Source of the DNA: Hyalangium minutum
Lineage (GTDB): Bacteria > Myxococcota > Myxococcia > Myxococcales > Myxococcaceae
Reading direction: 5' to 3'
Assembly: GCF_000737315.1 (NCBI RefSeq)
Contig: NZ_JMCB01000008.1
Coordinates: 20,001-268,000 of the forward strand
DNA length: 248,000 nucleotides
Shown here: positions 22,291 to 31,281 of the stretch, in pieces
Position numbering within the stretch: the stretch's first letter is position 1
Layout: each line of letters opens with the position of its first letter
Program-made: the position numbers and the translations under genes
The notes under the pieces: model-generated
What the model was told of the DNA's origin: nothing
Seen by the model: the letters and a program-made list of their open reading frames with translations, nothing else
Databases searched by the model: none

Positions 22291-23463
22291 CTACTGGAGG
22301 GGAGGCAGCAACACGAACTCCCGAGCAGCCAGCCGGCGGTAATAGTACTGCTCCCGCCAGGGGTAACGCAGCTCTTCTGGCTTTAACAGCCCGGCCTCCA
22401 CCAGCGCATCCAACTTCTCGGGCAGCTCTCCCCGCTCCAGGCGGAACACCTCCAGCGCGGCCTCAATCCGCTTGACTTGGGCACGGGAGATGAAGCGCTC
22501 GGCCGCTGGGTCGGAGAACGTGGAGGCAGGCGTGCTGGCCAATGAGATGGCGCCCGAGAGCTGGGCCACCACGAAGAGGATGGCACCCAGGGCGGCCATG
22601 CTGGCGCTGAGGTTGCCGAGGCCCCGGCCCACCTTCTGGATGACGCCGTTGCGCTCGGTCGTGGTCCCCGCACCATCCGCCGAGGAGGGCTTGATGTACT
22701 GCAGGTTGATCAGGTTGAGCAGGGCCTTGCAGGTCTCGAACTCGCCCAGGCAGCAGATGTCGATCAGCTTCCGGACGTCGCGGCCCGGACCGACCTTCTC
22801 GTAGACGGCGCGCTCGGAGTCGCCCACGGACGCGAAGTCACCCTTGTTCTCGTCCTTCTTCTTCTCCGCGAACGCGTCATCGAAGGCCGCGTCGAAGTCC
22901 ACCTCTTGCTTGCGAGGGGGCGGCAGCGGCTTGAGCGTCTCGAAGGTCGTCTCGTACCGGTTGATCTTCTTTCGGATCACCGGCCATTCGTCGACCATCC
23001 GGAAGCCTTCCATCAGCACCGACTCGGCACGCAGGGGCGTAATGGCCTCCGAGTCGTTCTCGACGGGCTCCGCCTTGAACTCGTAGGTGCCCGCGTCCCA
23101 GCTGAAGAGGCGGTAGATGGTCTCCGTCGCCTGCAACTGCATCATCTTCTTGAAGCGGTCGGCGGTGATGGCGCCGCTGGAGACGAGCACGTCCCCGAGC
23201 CGCTTCAAGGTGCGGCGCTGTGTCTCCAGCGCCTCGTCGAGCTGAGCCTCGGTGATGATCTCGGCCCGGACGAGCATGCTGCCGATGAGGTCCTTCTTCT
23301 TACGGGTGACGCTCTCCACCCGGGCGATGTTGCCGTCCTTGAAGAAGATGTTGACCTCCTGCTCCTTGTTGGCCAGGCAGAGCTGCCCTGTCTTCTGCTG
23401 CTGGCCAATGAGCTGCAGGATGTCGGCGATTCCGAAGTCCTTGAGGGTTCCCTGAAGAGCCAT
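22291..23463 (-). CDS. DUF4388 domain protein
   Basis: MALQGTLKDFGIADILQLI start typical of DUF4388. Confidence 0.75.
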   Translation of the reverse strand: MALQGTLKDFGIADILQLIGQQQKTGQLCLANKEQEVNIFFKDGNIARVESVTRKKKDLIGSMLVRAEIITEAQLDEALETQRRTLKRLGDVLVSSGAITADRFKKMMQLQATETIYRLFSWDAGTYEFKAEPVENDSEAITPLRAESVLMEGFRMVDEWPVIRKKINRYETTFETLKPLPPPRKQEVDFDAAFDDAFAEKKKDENKGDFASVGDSERAVYEKVGPGRDVRKLIDICCLGEFETCKALLNLINLQYIKPSSADGAGTTTERNGVIQKVGRGLGNLSASMAALGAILFVVAQLSGAISLASTPASTFSDPAAERFISRAQVKRIEAALEVFRLERGELPEKLDALVEAGLLKPEELRYPWREQYYYRRLAAREFVLLPPLQ

Positions 23464-23475
23464 GGTGTTTCGGCA

Positions 23476-25710
23476 CTACTCCGCCTGGCGCTTGCGCAGC
23501 CCGCGCAGCGTCAAGAGATAGAGAGGAAGGATCAGCAGCGCGGCCGGGAGGATCTTCAGATACACCGGAGCCTCGCCATACGGGGGTGGGAACAAGCCGT
23601 CACGCAAGAACACGACGGACAGGGCCAGCAGGAACAAGAAGCTGTAGATGGCCCCGCGGATGGGCAGCCCGGAGAAGATGTGGCCCGCTCCGGATATCAG
23701 TGCCCCGAGCGCCAGGGCCAACCGGCCCATCCACGTCTGGTGGCGCTGGACCTCGGCCTGCTTGCGGGCCCGGAGCTGCTCGGGCACCACGCCCTTGCGG
23801 GCGAAGACGTTGGTGCACTGGCTGCACATGAACGCGCCCCGGCCCAGCTCCGGATCGCAGCGGCGGCACACCGGACGGCCGCACTTGTCGCAGGACTTCG
23901 TCGCCACCAGCCGGTCCCGGGCGTAGCCCCACGCGAAGAAGATCAGCGCGAAGACGAAGGGGTACACGCGCGCGACCATGCCCGAGGCCCCCAGCAGCAC
24001 GCGATCGAGCTGGGTCTCCACACGCTCGCTGGAGGTCGAGCCATCCGCCAGGGCCAGAACCTCGCCCATGGGAAGCGTCGGAGACAGCAGGAGCAGGTTC
24101 ACCAGGAGGCGGTCGTCCTTGGGGAGATCCCGCTGCAGAAGGTCGGGATCCAGCCGCTGCGCCACATCCATGGTCTGCTTGGCGCGCTCCAGCGCGGCGC
24201 CCACCTGGGCATCCGGCAGCCCACGGGCCTGGTGCCGATAGAGCAGCGCCAGATTGTAGGGAGCGGCCGCGAGCGAGCCATCCGCCTGCTGCGCCTCCTG
24301 GTAGAGCCGCGTGGCGCCCTCCATGTCCTCGGCGGCCAGCAGCACGTTGCCGTAGTTGGTGAGCAGCAGGGCGTTGCGCTGCTTCAGGGCCGCCGCCGCC
24401 TTGTAGGCCGAGGCGGCCTCCTGGAGCTGCCCCCGGCGGGCCTGGTAGCGCCCGAGCGCGAACAGCTCCGCGAAGGTGGCCTCCTTGTTGGCCTGGCGCT
24501 CGAGCACCCGCGCCGCCGCGTCATCGCCGGTGAAGCCGCCGCGCTCCAGCAGGTACACGTCCTCGGCCACCGTGCCCGCGAAAGCGGTGACACCGGCCAG
24601 CTGGCCCGCGGCCAGAGGAATGGCCCCGACCAGCGCCAGCAGCACCGCCGCCACGGCGCGCTCGGTCACCGTCAGGTAGAGCGCCGTCGCCGCGAACAGC
24701 ACGAGCAGCACCGGCACCACCCCCAGCCCCAGCAGCAGCGGCGTGAGCAGCACCGCCGCCGCCACCGCGATGGACTGGATGCGGCCCAGCCCGCGCGGGA
24801 ACAGGTGGTGGAAGTCATGAAGGATGTAGCGCAGCCGCTTGCCGAAGAGCACGCCCACCACCGCCACCGCCGTGGCCAGCAGCGCCAGCAGCGCCATGGC
24901 CCCCACGTTCGCCAGCGCCGGCCGCCAGAAGCGAGGATCCTTCACCATCGCGCTGACGCCCGCTTGGACTTCGCCCACGTAGTTGCCCACGGCGCCCAGG
25001 TTGTTGCGCGCATAGGCATCCGCCAGCGCGAAGTGCGCGTACGGCAGGTTCGGCGAGAGCGACACCGCGGCCTCGGCCAGCTTGATGGCCCGGCCCGTGT
25101 CCTTGGCCTTGAGCTTCTCCTGAGACTCCCTCAGCAAGCTCACGCTGAAGGCGTCGAAATCGGTCGCGGACACCTCGTCTCGCAGCTGGAGCAGGGCCAT
25201 GCGCCCCTTCTCCGCCTCTGCCGCGTCTCCCTTCTGCCGGGACTCCTTCCAGCGATTCCAGACCAACAGCAGATCCGCGTCCGAGATGCGCGGCGCCAGC
25301 AGGGGCGGCGGAGGCGCCCGGGTCGGCTCGGGGGGCTTCGCGGGCGTGGCCGTGCCGGGCACTCCCGTTGGAGTCCCTTCCGGGCTTCCCGGTGCCGGGA
25401 CCGGGGTGGGAGAGGCGGGCGTGCCCGGCTTCTTCAGATCCGGCGGAGGCGGAGCCTCGGCCTCAGCGTCGGGGTCGGCCTCCTCTTCCTCGTCGCGCTG
25501 GGCCTTGGCGCCCTTGCCCTTCTTCTTCTTCTTGGGCGGCGGATCCTCATCCTCGTAGGCGGAGTCGTCCGAGTCGCTGTCCGAGCTGACGTCGGGATCC
25601 ACCTCCTGGAGAGGCGTGGGCGTGTCGATCTGCGCGTTCGCCCTCACGGCCGTGAGCAGCGAAAGGCAGAAGAGCACCGGGAGGAGACGAGAACAAAAGG
25701 AGTGAGGCAT
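23476..25710 (-). CDS. TPR-containing membrane protein
   Basis: Signal peptide, TPR-like helices, TM segments, CxxC/CxxC near C-terminus. Confidence 0.65.
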   Translation of the reverse strand: MPHSFCSRLLPVLFCLSLLTAVRANAQIDTPTPLQEVDPDVSSDSDSDDSAYEDEDPPPKKKKKGKGAKAQRDEEEEADPDAEAEAPPPPDLKKPGTPASPTPVPAPGSPEGTPTGVPGTATPAKPPEPTRAPPPPLLAPRISDADLLLVWNRWKESRQKGDAAEAEKGRMALLQLRDEVSATDFDAFSVSLLRESQEKLKAKDTGRAIKLAEAAVSLSPNLPYAHFALADAYARNNLGAVGNYVGEVQAGVSAMVKDPRFWRPALANVGAMALLALLATAVAVVGVLFGKRLRYILHDFHHLFPRGLGRIQSIAVAAAVLLTPLLLGLGVVPVLLVLFAATALYLTVTERAVAAVLLALVGAIPLAAGQLAGVTAFAGTVAEDVYLLERGGFTGDDAAARVLERQANKEATFAELFALGRYQARRGQLQEAASAYKAAAALKQRNALLLTNYGNVLLAAEDMEGATRLYQEAQQADGSLAAAPYNLALLYRHQARGLPDAQVGAALERAKQTMDVAQRLDPDLLQRDLPKDDRLLVNLLLLSPTLPMGEVLALADGSTSSERVETQLDRVLLGASGMVARVYPFVFALIFFAWGYARDRLVATKSCDKCGRPVCRRCDPELGRGAFMCSQCTNVFARKGVVPEQLRARKQAEVQRHQTWMGRLALALGALISGAGHIFSGLPIRGAIYSFLFLLALSVVFLRDGLFPPPYGEAPVYLKILPAALLILPLYLLTLRGLRKRQAE

Positions 25711-25858
25711 CCGGACTTTCGATGATAGGCGAGGCCCCCGAACGGCGAAAGCAATCGCCCCCCTCCCGCCCCCTGGCTTACCGGGTAGGCGGCCATTTCC
25801 GGGGATCGAGCAGCCAAGCCCTGGCAGAGACCAGGCCGGTTCGGAGGTTGGTCCACAC

Positions 25859-27034
25859 ATGAGCGCAAGTGGGTCGGAGCTGGAACGGTTGGTGCGGATC
25901 ATGGAGCGCCTACGGGCCGATGGGGGCTGCCCCTGGGACCGGGAGCAGGACCTGCGCTCGATGCGCCCCTACCTCGTCGAGGAGACCTTCGAGGTGCTCG
26001 ATGAGATGGACCGGGTGGCCTACGGCGGGCCGTGGCGCTCGCTGTGCGAGGAGCTGGGAGATCTCCTCTTCCAGATCGTCTTCCACGCCCAGCTGGCGGC
26101 CGAGAAGGGCGAGTTCACCATGGCCGACGTCTGCCGCGCCATCAGCGACAAGATCGAGAGCCGCCACCCCCACGTCTTCGGCCAGCGCGAGGTGAAGGGC
26201 TCCGAGGAGGTCCTCTTCAACTGGGCCAAGCTCAAGGCCGAGGAGAAGAAGCGCAAGACGGGCCGGGAGGGCTCGGTGCTCGACGGCGTGCCCACCGCCG
26301 CCCCCGGCCTGCTGCGCGCCGAGCGCCTCACCGAGAAGGCCAGCCGCATCGGCTTCGACTGGCCGGACGTCGCGGGCGTGCGCGCCAAGCTCGACGAGGA
26401 GCTGCGCGAGCTGGACGAGGCCATTGCCTCCGGCAACCGGGACGAGCTCGAGCACGAGCTGGGCGATGTCCTCTTCTCCCTGGCCAACCTGGGCCGCTTC
26501 CTCAAGACGCCGCCCGAGGACGCCCTGCGCATGGCCATCCGCCGCTTCATCACCCGCTTCCAGCACATTGAATCCGCGCTGAAGGCCGAGGGCGTCCCCC
26601 TAGGTGAGGCCACATTGGAGCACATGGAGCGACACTGGCAGGCAGCCAAGAAGGCGGAGAAGGCCCTGCCGCCCCCCGCTTCCCTGCCCCGGGCGCCGCT
26701 CACCTCGCTGCGGTTCTCCGTGCCGGACGTGAAGGCGCAGAAGGCGTTCTGGGACACCGTGGCGCCGCTGATCGGCTGGCGAAGCGAGCGCGGCACTCCG
26801 GGCGAGGCCCACTACGGCGATGGGGCCCTGCGCCTGGAGTTCGCTCCAGGAGCGGGCTCGGGAGCCTCCGCAGGCGCTGCGCCCACGCTGTCCCTGGGGG
26901 CACCGTCTGATCGGGCGCTGAAGCGGCTCCGGGAGGCACTGGAGGCCTCGCACCCGGGGGCAGTACAGACGGCCGAGCCCTCACGGATCCGGTTCCGGGA
27001 CCCGGCCGGACTGCTCTGGGACTACACCGCGTAG
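25859..27034 (+). CDS. mazG: MazG nucleoside triphosphate pyrophosphohydrolase with C-terminal VOC-like domain
   Basis: GCPWDREQ, EELGD, RHPHVF, ELGDVLF. Confidence 0.9.
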   Translation: MSASGSELERLVRIMERLRADGGCPWDREQDLRSMRPYLVEETFEVLDEMDRVAYGGPWRSLCEELGDLLFQIVFHAQLAAEKGEFTMADVCRAISDKIESRHPHVFGQREVKGSEEVLFNWAKLKAEEKKRKTGREGSVLDGVPTAAPGLLRAERLTEKASRIGFDWPDVAGVRAKLDEELRELDEAIASGNRDELEHELGDVLFSLANLGRFLKTPPEDALRMAIRRFITRFQHIESALKAEGVPLGEATLEHMERHWQAAKKAEKALPPPASLPRAPLTSLRFSVPDVKAQKAFWDTVAPLIGWRSERGTPGEAHYGDGALRLEFAPGAGSGASAGAAPTLSLGAPSDRALKRLREALEASHPGAVQTAEPSRIRFRDPAGLLWDYTA

Positions 27035-27044
27035 AACGAGCACC

Positions 27045-27073
27045 TTGACGCTCGGGGGACCTCGCTGTAGGTA
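27045..27073 (+). promoter_or_regulatory. Sigma70-like promoter of rpsT
   Basis: TTGACG-17-TAGGTA. Confidence 0.55.
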
Positions 27074-27114
27074 CGCCCCCCTCTTTTCAGGTTTCAGGAT
27101 TCCACAGCAGTCCG

Positions 27115-27402
27115 TTGGAGATTACCTTGGCGAACACCAAGTCCGCAGAGAAGCGTAACCGTCAGGCCCAGAAGCGCCGCGCTCGCAACACCACCGTGCG
27201 CACCACCGTCAAGACCGCCCTGAAGAAGGCCCGCGAGACCATCGCGACCAAGGACGCGGCGAAGACCCCGGACGCCCTGAAGGACGCCATCCGCACGCTG
27301 AACAAGGCCGCCTCCAAGGGCGTGATTCACCCGCGCAACGCCTCGCGCCGCATCGCCCGCCTGACCAAGGCCGCCCAGGCCTCCAAGGCCGCGACCAAGT
27401 AA
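27115..27402 (+). CDS. rpsT: 30S ribosomal protein S20
   Basis: ANTKSAEKR...KGVIHPRNASRR; true start may be TTG at 27127. Confidence 0.95.
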   Translation: MEITLANTKSAEKRNRQAQKRRARNTTVRTTVKTALKKARETIATKDAAKTPDALKDAIRTLNKAASKGVIHPRNASRRIARLTKAAQASKAATK

Positions 27403-27448
27403 TCCTGCCGCTGTCCTGTGCTGCTCCGAAGCGCTCCTCGCGGGCGCT

Positions 27449-27964
27449 TCACCAGTTGCGGGCCAGCCGCTCGTAGGCCTCGCGCATCAGCGTCTCCGAG
27501 AGACGGTGGAGCGCGGCCTGGCGGTTGGCCTCGGCTTCCAGCACATCACCGCTGCCCGGGAGGTAGTCCTCCGTGCCGGACACGCTCGTGTCCGCGAGGA
27601 CTTGCTCGCCCTTGAGCAGCCGGAGGCGCACCTCCGCGAAGGCCCGGTAGCTGGCCAGCTGCGCCGGCGTCTCCGGTGTGGGCTCGGTGACGATCGTCGG
27701 CGAGCTGTTCACGTTCGTCACCACCCCTTCGAGGCGGGCCTCGCAGATGCCCCCATCCCCCAGTGTCCCCACGCGCAGCAGTTCCTGGCGCATCGCCTGG
27801 GTGAAGAGCGTCTCCAGGCCCGGCTCGGGGGTCTCGTTCTGGAAGACGGGGGCGCAGACGGAGCGCACGCCCTCGGGCAGCGTCGTCTCGCGAGGCACGA
27901 AGCGGTAGCCGCACCCCAGTCCCGCCACGAGCACCGCCGCCAGCGCCACACAGAGCCGAGCCAT
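27449..27964 (-). CDS. lptE: LPS assembly lipoprotein LptE
   Basis: LGCGYRF lipobox; downstream of leuS. Confidence 0.75.
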   Translation of the reverse strand: MARLCVALAAVLVAGLGCGYRFVPRETTLPEGVRSVCAPVFQNETPEPGLETLFTQAMRQELLRVGTLGDGGICEARLEGVVTNVNSSPTIVTEPTPETPAQLASYRAFAEVRLRLLKGEQVLADTSVSGTEDYLPGSGDVLEAEANRQAALHRLSETLMREAYERLARNW

Positions 27965-28013
27965 GGCGCTCACAGTATCGGGCTGCGATCGCCGGTCAAG
28001 CGCCCGAGCCCAC

Positions 28014-28547
28014 CTAGCGCTCTGGGCCCTGGACGGAGATACCGCGCGAGGCCAGCGCCTGCGTGGCCTCGGTCCAAGCCTTGTCCAGCGCGCGCCACCG
28101 CCGGGAGCCGGGCCACAGCGCGTCCAGAAACCACCGGAGCTCCTGGCCCTCACGCGTGCGCACCACAAGGCGGCAATTGCTCAGAACGTAGATGGGGAGC
28201 CCCAAGCACAGCACGAGCACTCCGAGCCAGAGCAAGGACGGCCGCACCCAGTACAGGACGACGAGGTTCGCCACCGCGAGGGGCAGAAAGTACATGTTCG
28301 ATCGACGCTGCAGCCGCACCGTCTCGATCCGCGCGAGCTCCAGGGTCACGGGAGCCGCGCGAGGGCCCGCCTGATAGAGCAGAGCGTTCCCCACGCCCGC
28401 GATGGAGCGGCCGGCGCGGCCCTCGAGCCGAAGGAAGGCCGCATCCGGTGGGGAGCCCCCGGGCATGGGGGCATCCGGCAGCGGCTCGCCGCACACCGCA
28501 CACGGGCCCCGGCGGGCCGGCTGCGGCCTCCGGCACCTCGTACACAT
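28014..28547 (-). CDS. Hypothetical membrane protein with N-terminal zinc ribbon
   Basis: CxxC...CxxC, two TM segments; co-directional with leuS. Confidence 0.5.
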   Translation of the reverse strand: MCTRCRRPQPARRGPCAVCGEPLPDAPMPGGSPPDAAFLRLEGRAGRSIAGVGNALLYQAGPRAAPVTLELARIETVRLQRRSNMYFLPLAVANLVVLYWVRPSLLWLGVLVLCLGLPIYVLSNCRLVVRTREGQELRWFLDALWPGSRRWRALDKAWTEATQALASRGISVQGPER

Positions 28548-28583
28548 GACGAGGACCTCGGTCGGCACCGGGGCTCCCTCCGA

Positions 28584-31082
28584 TCAGCCGACGACGAAGT
28601 TCACCAGCCGCTTCGGGACGAAGACGAACTTGCGCAGCGTCTTGCCCGCCATGGCCGCCTTGACCCGCTCGTCCGCCTCGGCGGCGGCGCGCACCGCCGC
28701 CTCGTCCGCGTCCACGGGCACCTTGATCTCCGCGCGCAGCTTGCCGTTGACCTGCACCGCGTAGGGGATCTCGTCATCCACCACGAGCGCCGGATCAAAC
28801 GCCGGCCACTCCTGGTTCACGAGGAGCACCTTGGAGCCGTAGGCCTCGGCCAGCTCGTCGGCGATGTGCGGGGCGAACGGCGTGAGCATCACCGCCAGCA
28901 GCCGGATGGCCTCGGCCATGGCTGCCTTCTCCGCCGGCGTCTCGACCGTGCCCACCCCGTAGAGCACATTGATGTACTCCATGACGCCCGCGATGGCGGT
29001 GTTGAAGGACAGGCGCTCGATGGCCTCCCCCACCCGCTTCAGCGTCTTGTGCGCGGCGCGGCGGATCTCCAGCGCCTTGCCCTCGTACGTCCCGGAGTGC
29101 GTGGAGCCCACGACGCCCTCGTGCGTGGCGGCCAGCGTCCACACGCGCTTGAGGAAGCGGAAGGCGCCCTCCACCTGGGCATCGGACCAGTCGAAGTCGC
29201 GCTCGGGCGGGCCCGCGAAGAGCACATAGGTGCGCGCCGTGTCCGCGCCGTACTTCCTCACGATGGACGCCGGTGCCACCGAGTTGCCCCAGCGCTTGGA
29301 CATCTTCCGGCCGTCCGGGCCGTTCACGATGCCCTGCGTGACGAGGCGCGTGACGGGCTCGTCCACCGGCGACAAGCCCAGCTCCTTCATCACCCGCGTC
29401 CAGAAGCGGAAGTACAGCAGGTGCATCACCGCGTGCTCGGGGCCACCCACGTAGACGTCCACCGGGAGCCAGCGCTTGGCCTCGGCCGGATCGAACGGCG
29501 CCGCGTCGTAGTGCGGCGACAGGTAGCGCGCGAAGTACCAGCAGGAGTCGACGAACGTGTCCATCGTCTCCGCCTCGCGCCGGGCCGGACCACCGCACTT
29601 GGGGCACGTGGTGTTCACCCACGAGGCCACCTTGGCCAGCGGCGGCTCACCCTTACCGGTGAGCACTGCCTGGGTGTCGATCTCCGGCAGGCGCACCGGC
29701 AGCTGATCCACCGGTACGGGAATGCCGCGGCGCTCCGGATCGCACTTCTCGCAGTAGACGATGGGGATGGGCGTGCCCCAGTAGCGCTGGCGGCTGAAGC
29801 CCCAGTCCTTCTGGCGGTACGTGATGGTGAACTTGCCGCGGCCCTCGGCCTCCAGCTTCGCCGCCATCTTCCGGCGCGCCTCCTCCGAGGTGAGCCCGGT
29901 GTACTCGCCCGAGTCCACCAGCACGCCGTACTCCGTAGAGGCCGCCTCCAGCTTGTCTCCCTCGGGCAGCTTGTCGCCCTTGGCCGGCTGGATGACGACC
30001 TGGATGGGCAGGCTGTACTTGCGAGCGAACTCGAAGTCGCGCGCGTCATGGGCCGGCACACTCATGACCGCGCCCGTGCCGTAGTCGGACAGCACGAAGT
30101 TGGCGATCCAGATGGGCACCGGCTGGCCGGTGAACGGGTTGAGCGCGTACGCGCCCGTGAAGACGCCCTCCTTCGTGGCGCCCTCGGCGGTGCGGTCCGT
30201 CTTGCTGATGGCCGCCATCTTCGCCACGAAGGCATCCACCTCGGCGCGGCGCTCGGGCGTCGTCACCTTGGCCACCAGCTTGTGGTCCGGCGCCAGCACC
30301 ACGTACGTGCAGCCGTAGATGGTGTCGATGCGCGTGGTGAAGACGCGGATCTTCTCCTCGCTGCCCTTCACCGTGAAGTCGGCCTCGGCGCCCTCGGAGC
30401 GGCCGATCCAGTTGCGCTGCATGCTGGTGATGCGCTCGGGCCACTCCTTCAGCTCATCCAGCCCGTCCAGCAGCGCCTGCGAGTACTTCGTGATGCGGAA
30501 CGCCCACTCGGGCATCTCCTTGTCCAGCACCGGCGAGTCACAGCGCTCGCACACGCCCTCCTTCACCTGCTCGTTGGCGATGACGGTGAGGCAGCCGGTG
30601 CACCAGTTCACCTTGCTGAAGCGGCGGTACACCAGTCCGCGCCCCAGCATCTGGATGAAGAACCACTGGTTCCACCGGTAGTACTCGGGCTGGCTGGTGT
30701 TGACCTCGCGCGTCCAGTCGTAGCTGTAGCCCAGCGAGCGGATCTCCGCCTTGAACGAGTCGATGTTCTCCTGCGTCCGCACCGCCGGGTGCACGCCGTC
30801 CTTGATGGCCGCGTTCTCCGCCGGAAGCCCGAACGCGTCCCACCCCATGGGGTGCAGCACGTCGTAACCCTTCATCCGGAAGTAGCGCGCGTACACGTCC
30901 CCGATGAGGTAGTTGCGCACGTGCCCCATGTGCATCTTCCCGCTGGGGTACGGCAGCATCTCGAGGATGTACTTCTTGGGAGCTCCCGGCCGCGTGCCCG
31001 CACGGAACACGCCCTCCTGCTCCCAACGGATCTGCCACTTTCCTTCGATCGTCTGCGGCTCGTAGCGCTCGTTCATCGCCAT
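28584..31082 (-). CDS. leuS: Leucine-tRNA ligase
   Basis: PYPSGKMHMGH, KMSKR. Confidence 0.97.
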   Translation of the reverse strand: MAMNERYEPQTIEGKWQIRWEQEGVFRAGTRPGAPKKYILEMLPYPSGKMHMGHVRNYLIGDVYARYFRMKGYDVLHPMGWDAFGLPAENAAIKDGVHPAVRTQENIDSFKAEIRSLGYSYDWTREVNTSQPEYYRWNQWFFIQMLGRGLVYRRFSKVNWCTGCLTVIANEQVKEGVCERCDSPVLDKEMPEWAFRITKYSQALLDGLDELKEWPERITSMQRNWIGRSEGAEADFTVKGSEEKIRVFTTRIDTIYGCTYVVLAPDHKLVAKVTTPERRAEVDAFVAKMAAISKTDRTAEGATKEGVFTGAYALNPFTGQPVPIWIANFVLSDYGTGAVMSVPAHDARDFEFARKYSLPIQVVIQPAKGDKLPEGDKLEAASTEYGVLVDSGEYTGLTSEEARRKMAAKLEAEGRGKFTITYRQKDWGFSRQRYWGTPIPIVYCEKCDPERRGIPVPVDQLPVRLPEIDTQAVLTGKGEPPLAKVASWVNTTCPKCGGPARREAETMDTFVDSCWYFARYLSPHYDAAPFDPAEAKRWLPVDVYVGGPEHAVMHLLYFRFWTRVMKELGLSPVDEPVTRLVTQGIVNGPDGRKMSKRWGNSVAPASIVRKYGADTARTYVLFAGPPERDFDWSDAQVEGAFRFLKRVWTLAATHEGVVGSTHSGTYEGKALEIRRAAHKTLKRVGEAIERLSFNTAIAGVMEYINVLYGVGTVETPAEKAAMAEAIRLLAVMLTPFAPHIADELAEAYGSKVLLVNQEWPAFDPALVVDDEIPYAVQVNGKLRAEIKVPVDADEAAVRAAAEADERVKAAMAGKTLRKFVFVPKRLVNFVVG

Positions 31083-31281
31083 AGGTCGGTGCGCCTCTTA
31101 CGAGACGCCCGCTCGTGACGCAACAGGCTGCGCCCTCTGGAACCGAGGGAAACTCCTACATCGGTCCCTTACAGCCTTCATGAACTTTTCGCTTGCCACT
31201 GTTCATCCTGGGAGTCATGATTTCCCTGTACCCAGAGCAATCAGGACCTGTCGGGGGTCCTTGCGCACCACGGGGGAATCG

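Noticed and set aside
17723-25725. 1539-aa and 939-aa plus-strand ORFs
   Set aside because: Antisense to well-supported genes
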